From: Mobula hypostoma
Taxonomy: Eukaryota
Assembly (NCBI RefSeq): GCF_963921235.1
Contig: NC_086118.1
Span: forward strand, 26,910,001 to 26,974,000
Direction of reading: 5' to 3'
Length of the DNA: 64,000 nt
Positions 11,852 to 24,398 of the stretch are shown piece after piece (the stretch's first letter is position 1; each line of letters opens with the position of its first letter). The translations under genes and the position numbers were made by a program. Under the pieces are notes generated by a model that saw only the letters and a list, made by a program, of their open reading frames with translations, ran no database searches and was not told the origin of the DNA.

Positions 11852-12590
11852 GTAGGCGGAGCGGCGTTGAGAAAGCTGGGGAGGGGGCAGGGTGAGCGTG
11901 GAAGTCGGGGGGGTTTGCTGCAGTCGCGGTGCCGCCTACGCACCGGGTCACCGTCGGCTCCTGATCGACGCGCCGTGTCCCAGGCCGGGCTCTGCGCGCC
12001 TCCAGTGCGCATGCCTGGGCCCGCTCATCCGGCCGGCCCGGTGGAGCGAGTCGGCCCGGTGACCGGTGGGAGTGGTGCTGGTAACGTTCAGCTACCGCGC
12101 AGGCCGTCACCGCTCCTTTCTACAGAGAGGGTTCTTCTTCGCAGCTCAGCATTGCTGCAACGTGTCAAAACTTGCATCTACCGCACGGGTCAGCAGTTTA
12201 GTCGGGGGTTGTTGCGACTGTGCCCTTCGACAATCGTTCGCAGGTCTCCATTGCACTTACCTGACTACAAGAGTCGAAAATGAGCACTGCTTTAGTCACA
12301 ACCCCTGATGCTGCACAGGTCAGATTGCTAGAGGTCATAAAAGATCAGCGCTGTACATTGCTCCGTGTCATAAATGAACGTGCAATGGCTGCAGAATATC
12401 TTTATATTTGTCTCTTGCAGGGTTTCTTGATCATCATCCTTGTGGTCAAAGGTCATCACTGCATCCATGTGCAGATTGGTTTTGCTGCATCAGCAGTAAT
12501 GTGTGTATTCATCGATCAGGGGTGCAGTGCTAATTTTTTAGGTGCCAGAGCTGACAAAATGTTTGCCATTTCCTATATCCTCTTTATATA

Positions 12591-13976
12591 CAGTAGCATG
12601 CAAAAGTTTGGGCATGCTGGTCAAGATTTCTGTTACTGTGAATAGCTAAGCGGGTAAAAGATGAACTGATTTCCAAAAGGCGTAAAGTTAAAGATGACAC
12701 ATTTCCTTAATATTTTAAGCAAGAAAACTCTTTTAGTTCCATCTTTTACAGTTTCAAAATAACAGAAGGAAAAGGGCCCGAAGCAAAAGTTTGGGCACTC
12801 TGCATGCTCAGTACTTAGTAACACCCCCTTTAGCAATTATCACAGCTTGTAAATGCACTTTGTAGCCAGCTAAGAGTCTTTCAATTCCTGTTTGGGGGAT
12901 TTGTGCCCATTCTTCCTTGCAAAAGGCTTCTAGTTCTGTGAGATTCTTGGGCCGTTTTGCATGCACACTGCTCTTTTGAGGTCTATCCATAGATTCTCAA
13001 TGATTCTTGGTCAGGGGACTGTGAGGGCCATGGCAAAACCTTCTGCTTGCGCCTCTTGAGGTATTCCATTGTGGATTTTGAGGTGTGTTTAGGATCATTA
13101 TCCTGTTGTAGAAGCCATCCTCTTTTCATCTTTGGCTTTTTTGCAGTTCTATTCAAAAGGTTCAAAGTAACATCTGAACAAGCCTGATGCATTTTGGAAA
13201 CAAGTCCTGTGGACTGATGAAGTTAAAATAGAACTTTTTGGCTGCAATGAGCAACGGTATGTTTAGAGAAAAAAGGGTGCAGAATTTCATGAAAAGAACC
13301 CCTCTTTAACTGTTAAGCACGAGGGGTGGATCGATCATGCTTTGGGCTCATGTTGCAGCCAGTGGCACGGGGAACATTTACTGGTAGAGGGAAGAATGAA
13401 ATCAATTAATTCTGGAAGCAAACATCACACCGTCTGTAAAAAAAGCCAAAGATGAAAAGAGGATGGCTTCTACAACAGGATAATGATCCTAAACACACCT
13501 CAAAATCCACAATGGACTACCTCAAGAGGCGCAAGCTGAATGTTTTGCCATGGCCCTCACAGTCCCCTGACTGAGAATCTGTGGATCAATCTCAAAAGAG
13601 CAGTGCATACAAGACAGCCCAAGAATCTCTCAGAACTAGAAGCCTTTTGCAAGGAAGAATGGGCGAAAATCCCCCAAACAAGAATTGAAAGACTCTTAGC
13701 TGGCTGCAAAAAGCATTTACAAACTGTGATACTTGCCAAAGGGGGTGTTACTAAGTACTGACCATCCAGGGTGCCCAAACTTTTGCTTTGGGCCCTTTTC
13801 CTTTTTTGTTATTTTGAAACTGTAAAAGATGGAAATAAAAAATTTTTCTTGATTAAAATATTAAAGAAATGTGTCATCTTTAACTTTATGCCTTTTGGAA
13901 ATCAGTTCATCTTTTACTTAGCTATTCACAGTGACAGAAATTTTGACCGGGGTGCCCAAACTTTTGCATGCTACTG
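12591..13976. mobile_element. Tc1/mariner IR/DR element built from two inverted transposase 3' halves
   Basis: TA on both flanks; ends CAGTAGCATGCAAAAGTTTGGGCA. Long inverted repeats (IRs) with an inner direct repeat GCAAAAGTTTGGGCA (12600, 12783). The ...AKGGVTKY* terminus is present on both strands. Confidence 0.93.
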
Positions 13977-14217
13977 TATATGTCACACTCAATTTGTGTA
14001 CCTGCACATTTCATGTACTGGGCAACTTCCTTGTCCCATTCATGTAATGAGCAGGTACACAAATTGGGTGATATATATATGACAAGGTACTGCACAGTTG
14101 CACTCACTAATTATCATAAAATATAATTATCAAGCAAGTAAAGAAAAAGATGGTAATCATGTATTTTACCAATTTAAAAGTAACTACCTACTTACCAAAT
14201 GCCACCAATGAGAAGTT

Positions 14218-16031
14218 TCACAATAATTTCCACAAAGGGTCAGGCGTAATATGTGTTCGGGGGTCTGGAGCAACTCTTGTCCTGGTGTCATCTGCTGACA
14301 TCTGCCTCAGGATTCCACTGAACTAGAGGAGGTCAGTGTAGTTTTACAAACATAAGTGCTGATACATGATTTATGAGAATTCTTGAGTGTGTTGTTATCA
14401 AGCTCATATGACTGAATCCTCGCTCACACTCAGCAGTACTAATAGAATAACTTGTGAACAGCTCAGTAATGGGCGTAAATCTTGGGGGATGTGGCGTCCA
14501 CATTCATCCACATAATCTCTGAAGGCATTTATCACAGAGGAAGAAGAAAGCTTAAACCTCTTACAGAGACATGATATTGCAGCTTCTCCATAATTAGGCG
14601 GTATTTCAGCAGGCCAGTTATCTTTATCAAGGACACACATTTCATTTAGCAGGGATTTATACAGACTTTGAAGTTTAGAAGTTTAAGAACCTTTCAAGGA
14701 TGTTGCCGTGAACTTATGGTGCTGCAAATTGTTTATAAGACTAGTAAGACACTAGATAATTGAGACAATTTTGTTGTTGCTTGTTAAGGTAATTTCTCCA
14801 AACTTCCTCTTTTCAACTGCCTCTTGAGCTTCTAGAGTTTTTGTACCAGGTTGCTCTTTCAGTCCATGCAGTGATCTTGTGCTCCGTTGGATCAGTTTGT
14901 CTGCATAAACAACCGTAGTAGTGCGTTTCTGTAAACACCCTGACAGTAAACCAAGTTCATGCAACGTGTCATACATTAGGGCTAAGTCCAACAGAAACTG
15001 TTCTGAAGAGAGTCTTTTTAACAGACTTTCAGGTGTTTTTCTGTCACTGCCAGATCTTGTTTCATTCTTCATTGCTTTTTCGAAATGAAAACACAATGCT
15101 TCATAATTTTGCCACACTGCTGAAACTGTTTGAAACAAGCTAGCTACCCACCTGGTGCCCAGAACACAGCCTATTTTGCAAATTTGTTGTTCTAGTTGAG
15201 AGGCACGTTCAGACAGTTCCTTTTGATTTAGAGGTTATCTACTGTAAACAGAGTACAATTTGTCTATAAATGATTGAAAATGATTTATTCCATGAACTCT
15301 CACCGAATCACCTACTGCAAGTTCTAATCTGTGGTTAAGACAATGCCAAATTATCACATCAAATTATCCTTGAGAATTGTAGCAACACCAGATTTGACAC
15401 CAAATATTATGCTCGCCCCATCACTAGCAAATGCTGTTTCAAGTAAGAGTCATCAAAGCCATGGTTATTGAGACAGTGCAATAGATGCTCAGCAATAATT
15501 GCAGCTTTCTGATCAGGCAGTTCAATTAGATCTAAAAACATAAAATGGGGATCACGTTCCTTATCACTTTCACATTTCAAATAAACTATTAGGGAAGTCT
15601 TAATGCTCAGGCTTGTTGAGTCATCAATGAGAACAGAAAATTTGCCATTTATCTGCTTGATATGCTGGCAAATTTTCTTTTTCATATTAATGACTATGTG
15701 ATTAATTATCTCAGCACTAGTGTGGGAATACAGTCCAATTCCAATGTCAATACCATTTTTTCAAACGTTCCAATAAGACAAAGTGATCAGAGTATGGTCT
15801 TTCATTCTGAGCTAAATAATATGCAGAACGAAAAATTGAACAAGTTGCCTTTAGATGTGAAGCATTCATGGTGTCACATAATTTTCGAAGAGCATCTTCA
15901 CTAGCTATATTTTCAACACTTAGAGCAGCAGTGTGAGCTTTTGATAGTTCGTGATCAACAATTTTTTTTCTGAGAGACTTCAAGCGTGTACTTCGATCGG
16001 CTCCATAATAGGATACTTGGTACATGAGCCA
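14218..16031 (-). pseudogene. KIAA1586-like hAT transposase pseudogene
   Basis: Motifs SLRKKIVDHELSKAH, FSVLIDDSTS, SDGASII, IWHCLNHRLELAV, LGTRWVAS, FLLDLALMYD, STAECERGFSHM and SADDTRTR, broken by frameshifts. Confidence 0.9.
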
Positions 16032-16445
16032 TGTCGATTCGCCTGTGATCTCTAAGTTCTGGAGGTTGTAGTGCTTTACATAGCTAGCCAGCCATCCCTT
16101 ACTAGCCTTAATCTCCTTCCTCTCGCTCTCCTCAACCCCCTCACAGTAGTGCTCATAGAGGCTAAGTGCTTTTTCACGCACAATTTTGCCATCAACAGGG
16201 ATATGCTTCTGTGACATGCCCTCTAGCCACACACTTAATGCTTTCTCAGTCTCTGCGAGCACTTTATCACGAACCAGAGAGACCATTTTTGCTGTTGTAG
16301 GGGTAGCACTAACACTTCCACAAGCTTCAGCTTCTTTCTCCTTTATTGTGCAAATGCTCGATTCATTCTTCCCGACCTTACAGCCCACTTCGGCAAATGA
16401 CATGCCACTTTTCAAAAGATCTAAGGTTTTTATTTTCTCAGCGAA
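16032..16445 (-). mobile_element. Tigger/pogo (TIGD1-like) transposase N-terminal fragment (HTH + CENP-B HTH) inside the hAT element
   Basis: AEKIKTLDLLKSGMSFAEVGCKVGKNESSICTI...EKALSVWLE...IVREKALSLY...IKASKGWL...NLEITGES. No TIR or TA seen at its borders. Confidence 0.88.
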
Positions 16446-16884
16446 CAATGCTCAAACAACGAGTGCTGGAGAGAGACTGAGGATCTGTGAAATGGTGGGA
16501 GGCTACAGCAGGGTTTGCTGGGACAACGGGTTGAGCGAGGAGGAATTTCACAAAACGGTCACAGCTCCAGGATTTCACCAAAAACGATCAAATATCCTAA
16601 TGTTATTAGTGGTATTTTCCCCTCTCCCCAACACCCACTTCTGTAAAATTCCCTCTATTTAATATGCGGCCGCTGTTAAATTCCCCACTTGTTTATTTTG
16701 ACTTTTTTTAAGAGGTGTCAGACTGGTGCGCCAGTGAGCTCCAGCTGCACTGCATCCCTGGCTGCACCCTACCGTTATTTGTGGAGGCTTGCATGTCAGA
16801 ACAGTGATGTTCACAGGTCATTACAAATGAGTGACTACTGTAGAGGTTTACAGTGGATTCACCAGTATTGTTTTTTTATTAGCA

Positions 16885-17775
16885 TATGATATAGGAGCAG
16901 AATTAAGCCATTTGGCCCATGGAGTGTGCTCAATCTGCAAATTAACCTTTAGGGAATCCTGCACGGGGACACCAATGAGTTTTGATCTTTTTCTCCATTT
17001 AGATAATAGTCTATGCTTCATTTCTTCTCCTGAAGTGCATTACTTTGCTGACACTATATTCCATCTGCTACTTTTTTACACATTCTCCTAAGCTGTCTTA
17101 GTCCTTCTGCAGCCTCTCTGGTTCCTCAACACTACCTGCCCCTCCACCTGTCTTTGTATCATCCACAAACTTGGCCACAAAGCCATCAATTCCATCATCC
17201 AAATCATCGACATGTAACATAAAAAGAAGCAGTCCCAACACAGACCCCTGTTGAACACCACTAGTCACTGGCAGCCTAACAGAAAAGGCTCCCTTTATTC
17301 CCACTCTTTGCCTCCTGCCAATCAGCCAATGCTCCAACCATGCTAGTATCTTTCCTGTAATACCATGTGCTCTTAACTGAAGCAGCCTCATGTGTGGCAC
17401 CTTGTCAAAGGCCTTCTGAAAATCCAAGTACACAACATACACTGATTCTCCTTTGTCTATCCTGCTTGTTATTTCTTAAAAGAATTCCAACAGATTCGCC
17501 AGGCAATATTTTCCCTTAAGGAAATCATGTTGACTTTGGCCTATTTTATCATGTGCCTCCAAGTACCCTGAAACTACATCCTTAACTACATCTTTCCAAT
17601 CACTGAAGTCAGACTAACTGGCCTTTAATTGACTTTCTCCTGTCTCTCTCTCTCTTCTCGGAGTGACATCTGCAATTTTCCAGTCCTCAAGAACCATGCC
17701 AGAATATTGATTCTTCAAAAATCATTACTGATGCCTCCACAATCTCTTCAGCCGCCTCTTCGAGAACCTTGGGTT
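16885..17775 (-). mobile_element. CR1 LINE RT fragment
   Basis: VVYLDFQKAFDKVPH, SGVQQGSVLG and KFVDDTK (ORF 17098-17442). Confidence 0.9.
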
Positions 17776-19039
17776 GTAGGTGTTTATCGAGATACAGCGA
17801 AAAACTTTTATTGTGAGCTGTCCAGGGCAGATCAAGCTATCTACAAGCACTTTGAAGTAGCAGAAAGAAAACAGTGCAGAATATAGTAATGCAGTTGTAG
17901 AGAAAGTGCAATAAAGGGAGACAATACAACGTGCAAGGCCACAATGAAGTAGATTTGGAGTTCCAAAGTGAGCCAGTTCAAAAGAGAGGTCCTTTAAGAA
18001 GTCTGATAATAGTGAGATAGAAGCTGCCCTTGAATCTGGTGGTATGAGCTTTTAAACTTTTGCATCTTCTGCCAGAGGGTTGGGGGGGGAGAGGGGAGTG
18101 TAGAAGAAGAGATAATGACAAGGGCGGGGGGAGTCCTTGATGATGATAATTGTTTTTTCTGAGGTAGTAGGTGGTGTAGCTGGAGTCAATGATAGGGTGT
18201 CTGATTTGCATAGTTATCAAGATAATGCATAGTGCAAGTGCTCTAAGTCAGTTGACTCGTCTATACTTGGTATTGTGGAAGCAGAGGAGTACCAATTGCA
18301 ATGGATGAGCTTGGAATAGGTGCAAGTCAATCTCTGCCTCACCCGGAAGGGCTGTTTACATTCCTGGATGGTGGTGAGGGAGGAGGTGTAGAGACAAATG
18401 TTGCCCCTTCTACGTTTGCTGTGGTCAGTGCCGGGGATGGGGAGGGAATAAGGGGTCAGGAGTCCCTGAGAGAGTAATCTCTGCAGAAAGCAAGAAATAA
18501 AGGCTTTTTGAAAGACTGGAATAAACTTGTAGAGTGGGCATGCTGTCAGCAATGTGTATGATTATGGCTCAGGTGGCTTAATTTGATCAGAATTACGAGC
18601 ACGCTAACCTTCAACACCGAGCCTTAACTGTCGCAGAGGAGCCAGTTATGTAACCAGTGCAATTGCTAGTGAATTCTGTTTGCTGTTGGATTACTTTGTG
18701 TCCACAGGCACAGTTCCTGCGGTGCTTGTTTTCTGCTTGTAAGGTTTAGTTTACTCACAGGGGGCAGAATGGAGAACACTGACACAATACTCCCTAGGAC
18801 TGAGTGTTATTGATAAGCAAGTGTTTATCAACACATTAACAAGCCTGAATAAATGGTAAGCCATGATATTTCAAAGCTGTACATGCTGGCAAAACGATTC
18901 TCTAGAAATGATAAGAGTGACAGTGACCCAGTGGAGGTCTTTTGTGTCCCCAACTTCGCCTTCCTCTCAAATCCTTTATCTTAAGATATCTGCACTTCTT
19001 TATGCTGATGTTTTATCATGCCTTAATTGCATAGCTCCA

Positions 19040-19865
19040 TGGGAAGCACCGAACACAGTAAATGACCCGAACAGACTCACAGGTGAAGTGTCGCCTCACC
19101 TGGAAGGGTTGTTTAGGGCCCTGAATGGTAGTGAGAGAGGAGGTGTAGGGGCAGGTGAAGCACTTGTTAGGCTTGCAAGGCTACGTGCCAGGAGGGAGAT
19201 CAGTGGGGAGGGACGAACAGACGGAGCTCCTGGTGTGGCTTCCTGTATATCGGTGAGACCTGATGTAGGTTGGGAGATGGCTTCGCTCTGTCTGCCAGAA
19301 AAAGCGGTATCTCCCAGTGGCCACCCATTCTAATTGCACATCCCATTCCCATTCTAATATGTCCATCTAGGATGGAGGAACCACACGTTATGTTCCGTTT
19401 GGGTAGCCTCCAACCTGATAGCATGAACATCGATTTCTTTAACTTCTGGTAATACCCTCCTGACCATTTCCCATTTCCTTTTCCCTCTCTCACCTTCTCT
19501 CCTTGCCCGCCCATCGCCTCCCTCTGGTGCTCCTCCCACCTTTTATTCTTCCATGGCCTTCTGTCCCTTTCACCAATCAACTTCTCAGCTCTTTACTTCA
19601 CCCCTCCCCCTCCAGGTTTCACCTGTCGCCTTGTGCTTCTCTCTCCCCTTCCCCCACATTTTAAATCTACTCCTCAGCTTTTTTTTCTCCAGTCCTGCCA
19701 AAGGGTCTCAGCTCGAAACATGGACTGTACTTTTTTTCCATAGATGCTCTGGCCTGCTGAGTTCCTCCAGCATTTTGTGTGTGTTTCTTGAAGAATCAAA
19801 TTGGCTTTTCTGCATTTTGTGTGTGTTGCTCGGATTTCCACCATCTGCAGATTTTCTCGTTTGTG
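19040..19865. mobile_element. Penelope-like element 3' fragments (GIY-YIG remnant and pseudo-LTR) in inverted arrangement
   Basis: 19040-19220 is the reverse strand of the GIY-YIG start. From 19226 onward it reads ...YIGET...FRLGSLQPDSMNIDF, then the pseudo-LTR. Confidence 0.85.
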
Positions 19866-20064
19866 ATTTTGCGAACTATACCTCTTAGTCTGTGCTACGC
19901 AGACAGTATTGTTTATTTGCGAAGTCGTGCTTTTAACTTCAATTTACTGCTTGCAATTTACAATTTACATTAAGAACTGAAGACTACCTCTGCCCAAATC
20001 TGCTATAATCACATAACTCCAGAATACTCCCTAACAGCGATCATTCTAAAGTTCAAAATAAATT

Positions 20065-20412
20065 TGATGAGGGGCATCGATCACGTGGATAGCCAGAGGC
20101 TTTTTCCCGGGGCTGAATTGGCTAACAGGGGGGTGGAGGCATAGTTTTAAGGTGCTTGGAAGTGGGTACAAGGGGGATGTCAGAGGTAAGTTTTTTTGGA
20201 GTGGTGGGTGCGTGGAATGCACTGCCAGTGACAGTGGTAGAGGTGGTTACAATAGGGGCTTTTGAGAGAATCTTAGATAGGTACATGGAGCTTAGAAAAA
20301 TAGAGGGTTATGTGGTAGGGAAATTCTAGGCAGTTTCTTCAGTAGGTTACATGGTCGACACAACATTGTGGGCCATAAGGCCTGTAATGTGCTGTAGGTT
20401 CTTTGATTCTAT
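20065..20412 (+). mobile_element. CR1 LINE 3' end
   Basis: VVGAWNALP remnant and a CR1-type 3' UTR (GGGCCATAAGGCCTGTAATGTGCTGTA). Confidence 0.75.
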
Positions 20413-21314
20413 AAATTTATTATTCAGGATTGTTTAGTCCCATTTCCAGTACATGTGTTTAAAGGAGAATGAGATAATTGTTTTGGATCCAATGCAGCAC
20501 AAAAAATACCCGCAATAAAATGAATGAATAAATAAATAAATATACTGTCCACCAAGATAGATTAATTGTATCTCCATAAAGTGATGCTATGCACAGGAGT
20601 GTCTGTAGATAAGGTGACTCTGACAGGAAATGATAAAGTTGTGGTGGTGGGGTGGGTTAATGGGTGGAGGTGTTGATCAGTCTCACTGCTTGGGGAAAGT
20701 AACTGTTTTTCAGTCTGAAGGTCCTGGTAGTGGACACTACGTTGCCTCCTCCCTGATGGGAGTGGGACAAACAGTCCATGAGCAGGGCGGGTGGGATCCT
20801 TATCAAAGTCACCATATACTACTCTGAAATTCATTTTCTTGCAGGTGTTCACAGTAGAACAAAGAAATACAGTAAAATCAATAGTTCAATGCTCAAAGCT
20901 CTTTCCTGAATCTGATTCTTCTTTAGTATTCCTTCTGAGCAAAATTTTGATACCCAGCCTTGTAAGTTCTCACATGCTCAGTGCTTGGTACTATTCCCTG
21001 AAGAATCATGGATATTCAATTATCTTAAAAGTTTTAATGTGGGGTTGCTTGGTCAAAATACATTGTCTTGCTCCAGAAGCAATGTAATGTCTCTAAATAG
21101 TTAGCATAAAATTGATATTAGGATGTCAATTTACTTGTTTTGTAAATGCGGTAGTTGTATTCCTATTTCAGAAACTAGTGACAAGTGGAAAAACAATTAA
21201 GTATTTTGAATTGCTAATAAAATTCATTATGTATTTGATAATTGTATAGAAACTGTTAACTCCCAAGTTATCCTACAAATTAATGATATGTTCAATTTTT
21301 TCCTTTATTTACAG

Positions 21315-21529
21315 TATCAAAAAGAACAAGTCCAAGCAAGCAACCTGGTGGAAGTGGTTAGCAGTTCTGATATTAGTTACTCTTTCTGTGTTTTGTATGG
21401 TTGTGCTTTGGGATTATCTGGACGAGAATGATTCTAAAGAAGTGTTTGCTCGACAGACTGATATCTTAGAAGGAAAGTTTTTTGAAGTACCATGTTCCAA
21501 AGATTATGAAAATTACCAACAGTTTGCAG
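21315..21529 (+). CDS. OGFOD3: OGFOD3 coding exon 2 (signal-anchor transmembrane helix)
   Basis: Acceptor tttatttacag, then T+IKKNKSKQATWWKWLAVLILVTLSVFCMVVLWDYLDENDSKEVFARQTDILEGKFFEVPCSKDYENYQQFA+G, then donor gtcagt. 215 nt. Contains the OGFOD3 motif EVPCSxDY. Confidence 0.96.
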
Positions 21530-22229
21530 GTCAGTATTTGATTCTTTCTATAAATTAAAAAGTTGTTTCTCTTGATTCAATTTATCTGCAGAATCAATAT
21601 GTATAATCTGTAACTGATGGCCAGCTTACTGAATATTTATCAACCTGATCAATTTGCAACATAGGACTGTCTTTGTTCCAACAGCATCATGGACAGAACG
21701 AGGCAATCTTACAACCAACGTATTAGATCGGCTCCATGATCCTGCCACATGTAATCGTGAATAGTGGTGGGCAATTTAGCAGTGAAGACAAAGAGACTCC
21801 CTACAGTGACCAGCCTTTTTATGTGCATGGTAAAGTTAAGGCTGAAGCTAGACGATACTGTGGATATAATACTGATGACCTGTGTTCCATCACCAGCTGT
21901 GATTCTAACTAAGCATTACTGTTGAGTTTAACACTGTCATACACCTGGCATTGTGGGAAATTTACCCAAAAATTGCCGTGCTTCTTGTGAACCGCTGGTC
22001 AAATCTAATGTATTAGTCTCGGCCATACTACAGTGATGGAAGCTGTTGTCAACCATAGTTTTGAGGGGCATTTACTCACCAATAAATTGCACCCCAGTGC
22101 CTAGTTCCAGTTTTCCCAGGAGCACTCTACTCCATAGGTCATCATTGTTTTATTGCAAACAGTAAAGCGATGGAATGAGTCACCTACTACGCCATCAAAT
22201 GCCCCTTACTCACTAATACTCTGCTCACT

Positions 22230-22550
22230 GCTCAGTTTGAACTTTACCAGGATATATTGGCTATATACATCCTCCACAGCCTTGGTCCAAACATGGACTA
22301 CAAAACTGAATTCCAGAGGTGAAGTGATAGAGACTGCCCTTGTCACTAAGAGCAAGATTTGACCAATTGTGGCATCAAAAAATTCTGGTCAAAGTGAAGA
22401 TAGAGAGCGGCAAGGCTCAATCATTCAAGCGGTTGGTCATTCCTCACACAGAGGAATGTTGGAGGTCAGTCACCTCAACCCCAAGACATCACTGCTGCAG
22501 TTCCTTGGGGCAATACCCTAGACCCAGACATCTTCAGTGGCTTTAGTTAG
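22230..22550 (+). mobile_element. Ancient non-LTR retrotransposon RT remnant
   Basis: TALVQTWTTKLNSRGEV..TAL...FDQLWHQ, heavily decayed. Confidence 0.55.
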
Positions 22551-24266
22551 GCTTAAATAAGACCTTAGAATTAAGAGATTGAGAGCAATATGTCTAGCGT
22601 TTGTCATGCAACTCAGAACTGTGAAACAACTGAACTAGTCATTCATTGTGTTTTTCGTGGATCTGTCAAGTAAAAGCTTCAAGGTACTTCGAAGCTTCTG
22701 TAAGGTGTAAAGTTCACCATTCCTTTGCTGGTTTGATGTAGTATGCCAGCGTCATCAGCACTGTACATCCCAGGGTTAGGCAGCACAGTCTGAACTGAAA
22801 CCAGGCACTTGGCAGAAAAGTGATGACGGTATGTGTCCCAAATGCCGAGCCTGCCTTTGATAGCTGTCATCTCTGTTATATCAAGTACTTCCTCCAGCTT
22901 TGGCTGTAAAAAGTTATAAACAATGCTCGAAAGTGCTTACTGTGCATTGTTGGGTTGAATAGTTGAACTCAGCTATTTTTGTTGCCATTGAAATCATTGA
23001 TACCTGACCTGATGCTGGATGTAAGTGGATATTTCATATGCATATTCTCAGGATTTACAGCAGGATTGGGCTCTGTTGTTGTGTCTGAAAGTCTAGGCTG
23101 TTCAGTCCTTCAAGAATTTGAGCACCCAGTACAGCCCAGTAAAATACGATCCAAAAATTCCATCAGCTTTTTGAGCAGACAATGAACCTGTGAACACTAC
23201 CTCACTTTTGTTTGCTCTTTTTGCACTACTTACTTAATACATATAAATTTCTTATTGTAACTTACTGTTATTATTATTATGTACTGCAATATACTGCTGC
23301 TGCTGCTAAACAACAGATTTAACGACATATGCCAGTGAGATTAAACCTGATTCTGATTCTCTGCGGACAGAGGCTACAACTGCAACCCAGGTTTCCCCCA
23401 CCATCTGAAGGTAGAGCGTTTCTATGAAACGGTTCGTAAGCTGGAATGTTGTAAAGTGAATAAGCAATTACAATTTATTAATATGGGAAAAATTTTTGAG
23501 CGTTCCTAGACCCAAAAAATAACCTACAAAATCATGCCAAGTAACACATTAAACCTAAAGTAACAGTAACATATAGTAAAAGCAGGAATGATATGATAAA
23601 TACACAGCCTATATAAAGTAGAAGTACTTTTCTGCAGCACTGTCTAGCGCAGCGAAAATCTCGCGGAAGCGCTCACGTCAAAAACACGGCGCAAGCGCTC
23701 TCAGCAGAAACACTCTCTCCAGTAACCTTTAAGCTATGAAGCTACCAAATCATACCAAATAACACATAAAAATACACAGCCTATATAAAGTAGAAATAAC
23801 GTATGTACAGTGTAGTTTCACTTACTGGAATCGGGAAGACTCCAAAAAATTGCAGTTTCGTCACAGTTAAACACTTGCTTATACAAATAACCACCTGACG
23901 CATCGGCAATCGCCTCTGATCTGGGCCAACATTTACGTGCGGGACGGCACCTAATTAATTAGCCTGTTTATTTCGGCTTTTTTCTTAAAGATGTGCCGGG
24001 TGCGTTCCGACTACCGCTGCACTGCTGCATTGTGTGCGGCAATGTATCAGTCGGCGGCCCAGAGGTTGGGGACCACTGCTTAAACTATGAAGCTGCCCTC
24101 GCCTCAGAAACCGATCAAACCACCCATGACTACCTTTAAATTCCACTTCCGTCACCATCATCCAGTGCTTTCTGTTTCAGCTTATTAAAAAGACTGACTG
24201 ATTTCTCTTTAAGTGTAAGAAAACTTAACGGAACACCACGCTTTGTACGCCCATCAATCCACTCAA

Positions 24267-24397
24267 ACAACAGGAATTCTGCAGATGCTGGAAATTCAAG
24301 CAACACACATCAAAGTTGCTGGTGAACGCAGCAGGCCAAGCAGCATCTATAGGAAGAGGCGCAGTCGACGTTTCAGGCCGAGACCCTTCGTCAGGAC
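24267..24397 (-). mobile_element. 131-bp Penelope-like mini-insertion with 13-bp TSD
   Basis: TCAATCCACTCAA at 24254-24266 and 24398-24410. Interrupts the Tigger ORF at LLEWI|DGRTKRG. Confidence 0.92.
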
Positions 24398-24398
24398 T
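24363..24398 (-). ncRNA. Minimal type I hammerhead ribozyme (PLE-associated)
   Basis: AGUC-CUGACGA-AGGGUCUCGGCCU-GAAA-CG-UC/GACU. Intact core, 4-bp helix I, palindromic ACGU in place of helix III. Confidence 0.8.

Larger units (their letters stand above)
11500..12280. promoter_or_regulatory. CpG island and bidirectional promoter shared by HEXD and OGFOD3
   Basis: The most GC- and CpG-dense non-transposon stretch of the window. It lies between divergent first coding exons and contains OGFOD3 exon 1. NRF1-like TGCGCATGC at about 12007. Confidence 0.88.
12517..16760 (-). mobile_element. hAT-superfamily DNA transposon (KIAA1586/Tip100-like), decayed, interrupted by a Tc1 element
   Basis: TIRs CAGGGGTGCAGTGC (12517-12530) and GCACTGCATCCCTG (16747-16760) match 13/14. 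No clear 8-bp TSD. Encloses transposase remnants. Confidence 0.78.

Noticed and set aside
11408..12308. Several overlapping ORFs of about 80-206 aa on both strands in the CpG island
   Set aside because: Expected from high GC and the 48-bp repeat. The translations are low-complexity. Only the 83-nt OGFOD3 exon has start, splice and phase support.
14218..16031. Domesticated KIAA1586 host gene
   Set aside because: Multiple frameshifts, and it is enclosed by TIRs. It is a dead transposon copy.
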